In this document: positions 1-13,100 of the stretch, piece after piece
Numbering within the stretch: position 1 is the first letter of the stretch
How the letters are laid out: the number at the start of each line of letters is the position of its first letter
DNA from: Tubiluchus corallicola
Taxonomy: Eukaryota; Animalia; Priapulida
Direction of reading: 5' to 3'
DNA: 64,000 nucleotides
Assembly (NCBI GenBank): GCA_030141605.1
Contig: JAQGDQ010000710.1
Span: 1-64,000, forward strand
Notes under the pieces: model-generated
What the model was told of the DNA's origin: nothing
Seen by the model: the letters and a program-made list of their open reading frames with translations, nothing else
Database searches by the model: none
Translations under genes and position numbers: made by a program

Positions 1-182
1 AATGAGTTATTTTTGTAGCTAACCACAATCGCAAGTTTGCAGCAGCGTGTTTACTTTTTTCTGATTGCGGCTTCGCACTTATCGTAGATGGTAGATTTCA
101 TGCACGTGGTTGCGATTATTGGGCGCCGAGTGATCCACTAGCCGAAGTAGAACAATTGGCGTACATCGGCTAGCCCAAGTAG

Positions 183-3100
183 GACAACATATGACTGAAG
201 ATTATAGAAAGATCCATCAATTTGGCAAAGTACCCGCAATTGATGACAATGGATTTGTCCTTACAGAAAGGTACATTACAGAGTGCTATTACTAACAAAG
301 ATGTCTGAAGCCATTTGAATTATTGCTAGTAACTTTTGTTGAAAAGTGTATGGTAACCACTTTTTTTATGTTCTTATTGTCTTTTAGGCATGTGTAAGGT
401 TCCCATTATGTTACTTAATAGCTAAACCTGATATTACTGCTGTATACTGTGGGAAGACTTTCTACATATCTGTTAGACCTCTTCTGTCATAATCTTATCG
501 CCTAACCATGCATAACACGAGTAGTGCATAACAGTAATACCTAGGGCAGTACAGGTGAAGTACTGAGCCCAAACAGTGAGCAAAACCTTCTGCAAAATTG
601 ACTTTCCTCTAAAGAAATAGTTAACTAGACTTGATTAACATGATTAACTTTCTGCATAGCTGTTTGCTGATCTAACATTAAGAGGTTATCAGTTGTAATA
701 CAAAATCATTGAAATTGTGAATGGAGCTTTCTAATGATGGCATGCTGGAATTGTCTGTGTACAGCACAGTATGCTAAAACCTTTTATATTGAGCTGAAAG
801 AGAAGACTAGCCACAAGATGTTAGATGTATAGGATATGTAGATATGATGCCAGGCGTATAAGATAGCACCCATGATATGTCGTCAAACCATTGATGGTTG
901 TGAGCAAGGACTGAATTTGATGTTTTGTTGACACTAGTTGTGAGCTACCTCCTCCTCCTTTTTCATTTCCCTGTCCTTCCAAGGGACTTGTTAGACTTCC
1001 AGATCGATAAGTAGACATTGTATTTTTACTTTGAGCTGTTTTTGCTATGCCTTTTGAACTGTTACATATAGTTTGCCATGATGTTGGATTTCCTAAATTA
1101 GTGAAAAGTCAATAAAAAATAGCAAAAGTAATCAAAATATTTTCTTGTGTTTCATATTACAGTTTGTGGCAGAACAAAATCTTTAAGTACTGATTAGGCG
1201 ACGCATAAAATTAATGAGAACAACAATAATGCCAAAATATACCCTAGGAAAATGTGACATTTCAAGCCTAACACCCACTGGTTTTTCAAGTACACTTTTT
1301 AATATTGCCCAGAATCAGAATAATTTACACTTATGTGGTTGATTTTTTACTAGCTCTCAACAACATGTAATAGTTATTATAGTTTCCCCAATGAAGTGAG
1401 CAACAATAAAATTATCGGTTCTGACTGTCTGTCTGTCTGTCTGTTACCAGATTTATTTAGCTGAGGTGTAATCTGGAAAGTTGACACTTGGTACAGCCCA
1501 AGAGCCGCTTGTTGTACTATAAGACTTGACTCATTGCATAGCCCTTATGACTGAATGTTGCATAAGCATTTTCATGTAACACGTGTTTCAAAGTCATGTG
1601 CTTTGTGCTCACTTTTATTTACTCAACGTAAGCATGGAAATTCAATATATAAAAAAGCAGTGTATTTTGAGATAAGCTGAAAAATGGGAAAAAATGTGTC
1701 AAAGGTTCTGGAATCAAAATTGAAACTTAGGAATATATTGCATGATGTTTCATTTAATATAGACACCGTTATTTTTCAGTGTTGCTATTTTGAAGTACTT
1801 GTGTGATAAGCATAAGCTGAATAATCCATGGTATCCTACAGACTTGCAAGCAAGAGCTAGAGTTGACGAATATACCTATTGGTTTCCTTCAAATATTCGA
1901 GCAAACGTTGCTGGCTACTGTTTTTTCAAGGTATCAAGTTTAACATGTGATTAAAAGATTCCTGAAAATTACTTATACAACCGTAAATTGTCCAACATCA
2001 GAAAAAAATTCAACATTTGTTATTGGCTTAAATGTAAGATAAATTTATATTTAAAGACATCATTAGACATGAACAAAAAGTGCAAGCAGTGGTAACTGTT
2101 TATACCCTGGCAGCATTTCAGTAGTAAATGGCAGCATCACACTTCTTATTGTGAAAATAGACTTCCATACCCAAAGCATCTATTTAACGGGCTTACACTC
2201 ATATACATGGAGAAAATAACATCCTAAACAACACTGACTCAAACCAGTTGTAAACCAGATCTCTGTAAAAACATCTGGTAAAGTTTCACGTAACTATTAA
2301 TGTCATCAAAGTGTACTAATTAATTATCTTTTATATGTTGAAATGTCTGTGCTTTTCTAGGCTAAGCATATATAGTACAAAAGTTTGTGCCGATTAATTT
2401 TAATTTTATTTTTTATTTTATGGTAGTATTTTTTCATCATAATCCTAGCTTTTCACATTTTAAGATTAATTTTGATGAAAGTATTTCCTTGAGTGGGGGA
2501 GGGCTGAGGTAGGGGCCTCGTCCATTGTTTTGTCCAGGGCCTACAGTGCTGTTTTAGAAGGTCCTGATCTAATAACTTTTTATCGAACGGTTCACATGCT
2601 TTTTCAGACCTGCAGTGTTTGGCAAAATGCTAATCTGATTTTATAGATAAATTAAACCATTAAACTTAGAGCTGAAAATAGCAACGATATGACCCTTGTA
2701 AAGCCGACTACCAAAGTTTCAGTGACCTATTTTTATTCTGAACGGTTTTTATCATATCTTACGTGGATGGTTTTTTGACACATTAGAAAAAAGCCTGAAA
2801 CTGATCTGAGATTCTGAGTAAACGTTCATGAATGACTTAAACGTACTGTTACTTTGTTTTATATTTGTTCTCATTATAAATAATGTTCTTTATAAATGAA
2901 TCTGTATAACCAACTTACGACTTACATTTGACCAGGTCCTCAGAAGAAACTTCTTTCCAGATGAACCGATTGATCAGCAGAAAGTGGAGCACTTTTATAC
3001 GGAAACAGTCAAAGTGCTTGACCTTCTTGAAAATGCCTGGCTAGCGAAAAATCCTTACCTCTGTGGTCAAAATGTTACACTGGCAGATTTGATCAGTAAG

Positions 3101-5563
3101 TAATTCTGCTTGCTTTGTTATATGTAAATGTGCCATTTTTTGTACAACATTGTTAGGCAATAAGCTTATGTTTGGCAATTCATACGATGTTGTTTTACTT
3201 TTTACTTAAAAGAAATTAGCAAAACATCATCTTTTCTGTAAAAGCATAAACGAAGCAGTACTGTATTGTGCAAAACCTTTTCAGATACACACAATCGTGT
3301 ATGAACATCGTTGTCTCCGCGTTTCGAAAATTAGTTATCTAATTAACCTTTGACTTCCTTCTGAGATAAATAGCACATTTTGAAATATTTATTATAAGTT
3401 CGAGATGTCTACTGCTCACTATGCCAAGTCACTAGATGAGGTCATATAATAAAATAAATGAAAATATTACATGTTAAGCTAAAATGTGATGTTCAGGTGC
3501 TTATTATATAAGACAATTTCATGGGCTTCTGTCACATGCATACAAAATAATGCTGCTAATTCTAGTGGTGCATTCAGACTAGAGAGCTCTCTCAAGTTAT
3601 TGGGCAAGTTCTCTCAACAACTCTCATTGAGTTTGCTATAGTTTACTCTCAGGGAGAACTTGCGCAACAACTTGCAAAGCCATTCACACTTGCAAGTTTA
3701 CTCTCAAGAGGGAACTTTTGAGAGAACTCTCTAGCCTGAACATGCCATAAGCATGTTTTTTATTCATGTGTTTTTATCAGTTTACAAGTAAAGAAGCCAA
3801 AAGCAAGCTCAAGAATGATTTATAGATTTTGTTACTTACCTGTTTCAGCTATTTGTGAGTTGGAACAAACAGTCGTCACTGGGCTGGATTACACCTCTGG
3901 ACGTCCGATGCTTTCTGCATGGTCACAGAGAATAAAAAATGACCTGCAGCCACACTTTAACGAGGTACTATTTACTTTTGCATTTAGTGTGACTATATTT
4001 TTTGCAAAAACAAATGGCAGACAAATTACATAATTGTACAAACCTATTTAATGTGCCCTTATTAAAGGTGCTTCATCAGACAAAAATCTAGTGGGTTACT
4101 GGTAATAAAGTCACAGGAAAAAAAGTCACAGCTTTGGCTGGGAAAGAAAGTCGGGTAATTAAATAAAAATATTCAAGCCAGTCACAATTTATTTAAGTGC
4201 CATAAACAAAGTAATGAAACAAAAAATATTTTAAATTAGTTATTAACTGGTAACACCTGGCTTGTACATATTGCCAGCACCATTTATTATTGATGGCATT
4301 ACATGTATGTGGAAAAAATCACATTATGTTCAATATCTTAGGATTATGGTTAGAGGTTAGCATTATTGTTATTTTTTATCTGACTTTTTTCCTTGTGACT
4401 TTTTACCTGTGACCTTGTTACCTGACTTATTTACTGAGAAGACTTCTTACCTGCTACATAACTTTCTGAGTCTTCTTGCCCATCTTTGCATGACGTGATC
4501 TTGTGAAGTGTTGAAAAGTTAAATCTACTACAGTATAGCCAAATCAATGAACCTGAAAGCAGTGAGTTGAATCTCCTGAAAAACTTCTTTCTTCGAAAAA
4601 AATGCTTCCAATAATCTTGGCTGAACTTTTACATAATTGTTTGGCTATTTGGCTAATCTATCAGCTGGGACTATCTTGTTTATTTATTTTTCTTCGTGTA
4701 ATGTTGCAATCTTCATCCACAACGTCTAATCTTGTAACCAAAGAGTGAAGTTAGCAATGTTTTGTTGACCCTGGTTGGACCGTATTCTTCTTTCATCTCG
4801 TCATCCTTCCTTGGGGAAAGTGTAAATTACATATTAATAAACAGACATTTTTTATTTTCATATTGATATTGTTATTGCTGTGTTTTTTTTTACTGTGACA
4901 TGTAGCTTGTTATTATATTAAGTGATTACCTATGGCATGTGGTATGTGGAAACCTATATATTATCTCCTGGTGAGTTTAAAGGTGTTTAAAACTGGTAAA
5001 AATGGTTTAAAAAAGTAAAAAATTTATCTCTTTATTTTGATATTAATCCTTTAAAGTTTGCTGTAGAAGTCAATTGTCTCTAAGTGCTGGTTTGACCACC
5101 TACCAAATCAATATTCGTTTTGTTAACATTGAAAATGCCTAAGCAAACTCACATAAAATGCGATATCAAACCTTAAGCCTGATGGTTTTTAAATAAACCC
5201 TGGACATTTTCAAGAAAAAGCACAATTACACCTGTCCTAGTTCGCATTTTAGGATTTTTTCTATATAGTTTTTATGCCTTATTCTCTTTAGAAAAACATT
5301 GAACGAGTAGATTCGTATCTCATGAAGTAACATTTCTTATGCCTCTTCTAGTTTGTTTAACTGTTACTTTAAAATTAGATTATTTTTCCAAATTGTTTGT
5401 TATTTAGTTGGCAACTTTACTTTGTTTACAGAAATAAATACATGTATTTTACTAGTGCTGTTGTCTATTTGATCAGTACAAGTTGTATATTAAATATTCT
5501 TTGTAGGTTCATGCATTGTTATACAAAATGCGAGATGGTCAAGCAACTCAAGGAAAACTGTGA
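183..5563 (+). CDS. GSTT: Glutathione S-transferase theta-class, 5' partial (first exon upstream of window)
   Basis: Exons 183-270, 1780-1930, 2936-3095, 3849-3964, 5507-5563 have GT-AG boundaries and consistent phases. They translate to GQHMTEDYRKIHQFGKVPAIDDNGFVLTESVAILKYLCDK...WYPTDLQARARVDEY...YLCGQNVTLADLITICELEQ...GRPMLSAWSQRIK...VHALLYKMRDGQATQGKL*. KVPA/LTES, YP.DLQARARVDEY and TLADL are typical theta-class GST motifs. Confidence 0.92.
1418..1495. repeat. (CTGT)n-containing dispersed repeat, DINE/Helentron-like fragment (similar tract at ~57500-57620)
   Basis: Short (CTGT)n core followed by an aaa(g)tt..cac motif at both sites. Family assignment is inferred. Confidence 0.35.
3566..3747. 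mobile_element. Palindromic MITE, PIF/Harbinger-like family A, copy 1
   Basis: ~30-bp imperfect TIRs tggtgcattcagactagagagctctctcaa / ttgagagaactctctagcctgaacatgcca. Internal motifs (caagttctctc, gagaacttgc, agtttactctc) are shared with 7713-7862 and 30594-30870. Superfamily inferred from terminal resemblance only. Confidence 0.65.
4090..4457. mobile_element. Foldback-type non-autonomous DNA element with reiterated subterminal inverted repeats
   Basis: Left arm repeats (gg)aaaaaaagtcaca / ggtaataaagtcaca; right arm repeats tgtgactttttacc / tgactttttcc / gacttcttacc in inverted orientation. Confidence 0.55.
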
Positions 5564-7146
5564 TCATGGTAAGATTGTAATCATTATTACACTTCCAAAA
5601 TAGGCTTTTTGAATTACTCACATGTGAAGTAACTCTATAATGCGGTCTTTTTCGCTCTGATGCTGTTCTTGTTCCCTTTGTTGTTCATGTAATAAGTTTC
5701 TAGCCAGTTAGCAAAACAATTCCGTGGCAACAATAAATGCCATTCTAAATGACATGCACCATCAAGGCAGTTGTGCAGGAAAAACTCAAGCGAGTAATCC
5801 AATGCTTTGGACTCCTGACTAGTTGTGTGACCCTGCTTGCTCGCAAAGTCTGATTAAGAAAGTTGGGTAATATTGAAGCTGCTTACCTAAACAGCATGTA
5901 ATCTTGTTCTTCCATCAATTGCTTGTGTCATGCTCATTGTTTTAGTTATTACTGCTTTCAGGAAGGCACTGGCGAAATATTCAGAAATTGAGCAACAACA
6001 AATCTTCGTTGATTGAATAGTTGCGATGCTGCGTTTTACTTAATTTTGAGATTGATTTATTACTGTTGGAGCATATTAGTTATTATTATATTATAATTAT
6101 GTATAAGTCGTACATTTATGAATGTACATAGATATTTCATTACTAGTGAGATTTTTTTGATAAATAGGTACATAGAGTCTACTAGACATTATTTTTTTAT
6201 AATTTTGTTATACAGTGCTTAAATTTTATAATTGATTCAATCTAATAAATACCAGAAATAATTTGACATTAAACTTATTGCAAGTATTTGCTATTATTAC
6301 TGCAAATGAAAAACCAGGAATTACACACAGCATTGCGCAGAAATTGGTTTGCAACCTATTTTTTCTAATATTATTCTTAATTGACTGGAATTTTATGCTA
6401 CCATACAGGCAGTTATAGGGCATTCACTAGTGTTACGTAAATAGTCACTTAATTCTTCGTAACTAGATAGGTAAAAACAAATATCACAACATGTAAAGTG
6501 TATGAGAATTGCAATGTTTTAGTAAAAGGGTTATTCTCCTCGACTGACAACACAAATAATCAATAATCCAATTTTTGTATTTTTTTGTACTGCCGTAAAC
6601 AAACACTAAAATATTAAACAGCAAAAAACTATATCACAAAATGCACAAAAATCACAAAATACACAGCACCGTGAAACGGCAGATAATGTCCAGAAACTTT
6701 CTAAAGAGTCACGTTTTGATTATTTCAAAACGTCGTGTATGTAATCGGGCCATTTTATACATGTCTTGTTTATATATTACTTTTCTGTAATAGTCAACAA
6801 TTTTGCTATTAAGTGCTTAACTATTAAAGCATCTGCCACTAACGATACTTTGTATTTGTATGAGAACTTTCGTGATGTTTTATGGAAAGGTGTGATTATA
6901 GTATTTATCAGTTTTGCACAGTATTATGTTTGATTTGGAGTTCAGCTTTTCTGTCATAAAACTCCTCACAGCATTGTGTATTGACTTTTAGATGGTAAGT
7001 CAAACCTTATTTTTATAGCCTTGTGGTAGTAGATCTCAGTTTAGCAGACCTGTATTGACTGGTAACAACAAAGTGTATGAATCAAAGTGCACCACAGTTT
7101 TATGTGTGTAAAACTGAAATAGTTTTGATTAGAGCTCATTATTATT

Positions 7147-10100
7147 ATGGATTCTTTTCGGAATATCGTCTCGGAGTTGTGGGCTTTCCGTGTTTCAGTA
7201 GTCACATTTTTTACTCCGCTTCTTTTTTTATTTATGCCGTTGACTTGGAGAACACCGGTACAGTTTACTGTTGGTATATTGTAATCTGTTAGCAAAAACT
7301 TTAAAATAGTTACTATGCGGGCTTTCTGATTGTGAATTTTGTTGCATAATTCTGTGGGATTATTTTTTGAGTGATGGAACAGAATTGAAATGAATTTAAA
7401 GTCGTTTAAAATGCCGAAGCTGTTTTATTGTGATACTTAGTTTTTTGTGTTGGTCAATTTCTTGAAGAGAAATAGAAATTGTTTTATTTGAATCAATGCA
7501 GTGAGTTTCAGAATCTGAATCTACTACATTTACCTGTTAATTTGTTTCTTATCCATTTATGTATGCTGTTATTTGCTTTTTTTGTCTTTTAATATTTTCT
7601 GTGTGCAGTTAACATTAACTTCTCAAAAAATTATTTGTTTATGACAATCTGTTTACTGCAGTTCAACTTATGTTGAATTCTGCTTATTTTCTGCAACATC
7701 CTAACTGTTATTGCGCTTTCAGACTAGAGAGTTTTCTCTGGGAGTTCTGGCAATAAATAGGGCTTGTCTACAAGAAACTCTCAACAGCTCTCAGAGAGTT
7801 TGCAATGACATGCCAAGAGAATTTGCAGTTTACTCTGGAAGACAAAATTCTCTAGTCTGCGCTATTAACCTACTGTATTTTAGGCAGCAAGTTGTGCGTT
7901 CATAATGATATGGATGGCTTTATATTGGGTCACTGAAGTCTACCCCATTGCCATCACTGCCCTGATGCCTGTGGTTCTTTTTCCGATGTTTAAAATCATG
8001 AGTGGCACAGCTGTTGCGGAACATTATATGAAGGTTTGTGTGATTTATTTGTGTAGTTTAGCACTTTGCAACCTGATCAGCAGCAGGTCTTACTTGGTGT
8101 GATAGTTGTGTCGGGACTGAAACTTAGCTAACTGCCATAGTAAGATGATTCACTGAACCAACAGCAGCATCCTAACAGGCTACTTGTTCATATATATTAT
8201 ATGTCTATATATAATATATATATAATGTTTATGTATAGTACTAATTAATTTAGTAGCAATTTATTTATTTGGAAATGTTATACAATCTATGAAAATGGTG
8301 GAAAAAATATACAGTTAATATTATTGATTATGATATGACAGCATGCATATATCATTGACTGGAAGAACCAGAAGTAAAAACTTGTTAGATGCTTGTTCAA
8401 ATAATAAATGAACAAAAAAACGAGGGTTTTAGGCCGTTTAAAAGGAAAAAATTGTGCAAAACAAGGATAGGAGTGACGGATAGAGGAATGTTCAAAGGGT
8501 TAGGAAGAGTGGCTTGTGAAGATTCAGTGCAGCGACATCAGGAAGCACTCTAGGGTCTTATCAAAAAAGAACACAAGATTACAATTGATGTGTCACATAG
8601 AAACAGTAGGTGGTTATGGAGATCTATTTTATATAAGTAGCAATAACTGATTTTTTAATATCTTTACCTGATGCCTACAGCTTATGTCCCCTATAGCCAA
8701 TGAAATGTTTTGCAATATTGGTTCTGCAAAAGTGAGTTGGTAATCATTATATTGAGTATTATGTGATTTGACAGTTTTTTACAAGGTTCTTGAAGTGTGT
8801 AAGGAATACATCGTCTTTAGTTTTATAAACGAACATAGAAGTGTCACAGGAAATTAGATCTTTAATTATTAGTATTCTACGATCACTATAGTATGATTTA
8901 GTGATTTATATCAGAGTCAATGTTATGAATAAACTACGAAAATCAGTTTTCGTTACAACATAATTTATTATAATATTAGGAGCACATCGTGGACACCCAC
9001 CAAACTACTGCCCAGGACAGTCATTTGCTTGCATTGTTTCAGAGTGTGTCACAAATACATGTCGACCATACTTTTTTAGGATTCGCAGATGTTATTCATT
9101 GGTGGTTTGACTGTAGCTGTAGCAGTGGAACATTGTAACTTGCACAAACGAATAGCGCTGCGTGTATTAATGCTGGTTGGATCACAAGTTCGCTGGTATA
9201 CACAATGTTTTTATGGATTTTAAATTTCTAAAACTACACGGTAATCATAAAATTTAGTAAAACATGGTCAAATTTGCTGACACTAATCACGTTATTAATT
9301 TTTAAGTTTTTGTTGTAACAAGTTTCATTAATTTACAGTTACTGCGATGAAGTTTTAAAAATTGAAAACTGCTGCATTAAAAATGTTTTTAAGATTTTAA
9401 TTTTTATAAATTGACTTTTTTCAAAATTAAATATTTGATATAAGATAGCAGACTCTGTTAGGTTTGGTGTTCATCAAGGTCATTTAGCCTTCAGGATTAT
9501 AATTCATGATTCTATTATAATTACTTTCGTCATCTTTATTATGCTCGGATTTCTCCCTAAATGGCTTTGTGTAGAATGTTTGCTCTCAGCCATTTGGAAT
9601 ATCATATAATGATCAATGCCTATGTGTGCTGTACTGTGTATTAAGGATTGATAATGAAAATGCACTTTGACGGTTTTCTAGTTATCATTTGAAAACAACT
9701 GGACTCAAGACTTTTGTGGAAAAATTAATACCCATTTGTACCATTTGTAACTTTATGAATTTGGAAATTATGCAACTTACAACTTCCTTCTAGCCACTAC
9801 TTTTCATACGATGTACAAGCAACATTAACATATGCTTAAGCAGTAGAAGCTGATAACTAATGCCCACCTGTAACATAAACGAATTTTACATGCCTACAAC
9901 TTAGCTACCAATACAGCAGTTATTTGAGCAGCACACATGTTTACAAGTCTATATTAATGCAAGACAATAAAATATCATTTTCTGTGATGTTTACCCACGT
10001 CACAGCTACTTATAAGTTACACTGTATATTGCTTGGGTATTATGAATATACTAAGAATAATGGCAAATTTTAGTTTGTAGATTTTTTTCTTATGAAAATT

Positions 10101-13100
10101 TTACATATATTTTTACAAATGTGATGTAAGTTTGCAAACTGCTTACAGAACTTACTGGCATAATTTAAATAATGACACAGTTGCAGTTTTTTGTTGATAT
10201 TTTAAAATTTGATTTTTTTTTGGAATGTTTCACACAGTTTACTGTCTTTTGCATTTATCTTACTTCATATTATGATGGTAACATTTCAATCAATTGCACA
10301 TTATTAACAGGCTTTCCAACTTCATGCCAGAGTTGCTGAGCATTAGAGTTGCAGGTTATACATCATTTTAACCTAAACATTCAATTTATACTAGGTTGAT
10401 GTTTGGTTTTATGGCTGTGTCATTCTTTCTTTCCATGTGGATTTCAAATACTGCAACGTCAGCTATGATGGTACCCATTGTAGCTGCAGTTCTACAGGAA
10501 TTGATGAAAGCTAGCAGTCAAAGTAGTAAGCATTTTGCCAAATTGCATTTCCAGTGTTTGTGTAGTGTCATGGTGTGGCAACTTTTTTCATAATCTTGTT
10601 GTAATCAAGTTTGAATGTGTTCCAAATTGATGTGAATTGACAGCAGCAGTACCAAAAACATTTTATAAGCTGCAAGTAGCTTCTTGTTTAATAAAATGAT
10701 TAGAGAAACATTATAATAGATGCAAAATGGAAACACTTCTTTAGGACATGAGTTTGAAAAATTATTAACAAATCACTAAAATAAACGAAAATAGTAAAGT
10801 GCACCAAAAGATTGAATACAGTAAGTCCTCACTTAATGAGTTATTGCGTTCCAGCAAAATGCAACGTTAATTGACATGTCACTAAGTGAAACAGTTTTTT
10901 CCATAAAATTTAATGTAAAAGTATTCAGTTGTGTTGCAGGAGTAAGAATCAATAGTGAGCTTCATTTATAGAGTGCCCACAAAGTAAACAAGATTTAGTA
11001 CTTAAGCTAAGGCTACTAAAATCGTCATTAAAACGAAATGTCCTTAAGCGGGGCGTTGTTAAGTGAGGACTTACTGTATAGGCATATGTTTGATATACGT
11101 TTTGCGAATGATTTTATGGGCTAGGTGTTTAATTGTGCACATTTACTATGCCTTTTTTCTTGCAAATGATACATTGGAGCTGATACAGACTTTGATTCTT
11201 TGATTTTTCCCAAGAATTAAAGGCTAACAGGATGTACAGTAGATATTTTAAACGCAGTGCCTTTCTGCGTATCTAGCTAATGCAAAAACTGTGGAGTATT
11301 CATAAATGAACTTAAATTTGTTCAAACTTTTTCCAGCTTCTACGGACAAATCATCGGAGCCTGTGAAACGATCTGTGTCACAAGTTACAGTGTCTTCAAG
11401 AGATGAGAGCAGTCAGCAAATTATAGGTGTTCGTTATCAAAAGAATGAAGCCAGTTCGGCAAATCTTGTAGAGGAGATCAGTTTCGAGAGGGGAAAACAG
11501 TAATGAGAAATTCTTATTTTGTTGCTTGAGCATTACCATACTGTCACGTAGGGCCGGTTTATACTGTAGGCTAGTACAGGGTCCAGCCTAGAGCCTCTCA
11601 AGGGGGGGGGCCCTCAAGCTTTGGTAACATTCCATAAAAAATTCTGTTGTGTTGAAATATATGTTAATTTCGTTTGCAATAAATGGCAGTATAGTGGCAT
11701 ATTTTTACTGACAAAAGAAAAAGTAGCTATTCTAGTTTATTTAAAGAACTTGAAATAAGTTTAGGCTAAGCTATGTAAATCTCGCTAAAATATATCATGA
11801 GTAAAAAAATATTCAAAGCTGGTGTGGACGAGTTAGATGGTGGCTTCGTCTGAGGGGCCTCATGAGTTTCATTAGCCTAGGGACCCCGAAAGGTCATAAC
11901 CCGGCCTTACTGCCACTAGTTTCATTTTTTCAGTCATTTCGTTTAGAAAATGAAAAAAATTGTACGTTTATCCTATCATCTAAGAGTTTGCTTTCTAAAT
12001 GAAATTTCTTTCTTCCAAGACTTTTTTGAAATAGCAAATAGGTCTGTAACTTAAATTACTTGATGTTTTTCCAGGACTGCTGTGAGTCAAAACCCAGAGC
12101 CCACAAAGGAGGAAAAAGAAGATGACTTGTCACTCACTCCCTGGGGAGATGTCCCATTAGAAGAATATGAAAAGTTTCCGCATCAAAGTTTCACTGTCCT
12201 GCCTGGTTACACTCAAGTAAAATTAATCAATTACTAAACTAAGGAATAAAGTTGGGGAAACTCATTTAACATCCAGAAAACATAATTTTTTGCTACTTTT
12301 TCTAGGTACATTTCAAAAATTTGTGCTGGGGAGGTTCACATGTTTCATATAGACCATTTTTAGAGCCGTCGAGCATTAGTAGTGTTATGTCTTCTGCCGG
12401 TAGGGAATTCCATAGATCTGTTTCGGAATTTAAACAGCTGTGCTTGTATCGCTCATTAGTAGCTCTGTGCTTGTAAAGTTTGAGAGAACGACCTCTGGTG
12501 CAAATATGACTTAAAGTGAAGTAAGTTTCATTGATAGGTATTGGTGTGTACATGTAAGATCCTGAACATCTCAATCAGTCTACCATGTCATCTATGAGGA
12601 GAGAGTTGATGGAGTCGAAAAAATTGTAGTTTCTCAGTATATGATAGATTGTCTAGCCCTTGGATCATGTTGACTGCCCTCTCTTGCACTCGTTCTAGGA
12701 ATTCGATGTCCTTCTCATAATATGGGTCCCAAACCTGAATCAACTAGTCCAAGTGGGGTCTATAACATGAGATGACCTTGAGGTGATCGTGTTTGATGTG
12801 AGTCCGAGAGTTGATTGCCTTTCTTCGCTTTGCTAATAATATGGCTGCTGCTGAAATGTTAAAGTTTTTCTGATTTATCACTAAGAAATTATGTCGCATT
12901 AATGTAAAACCTTAGCCCATTGTTGTTGCAAATCCATTCATTTTGTTTTTCCATAAACAAGATACCACGTGAGATGTTTGTAAATTAATGATCCAATTTA
13001 TGTAAATGAATGAATGAATTTTATTTGCACCTTTAACAAATTAATAATGCACAAATAAATAGTAAAAAGTTACGAATGCTGCAGCAACCAGCACTAACAA

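Noticed and set aside
5561-5563. GSTT UGA as a selenocysteine codon
   Set aside because: It falls at the expected C-terminus, not at a catalytic position, and I could not identify a SECIS-like hairpin downstream.
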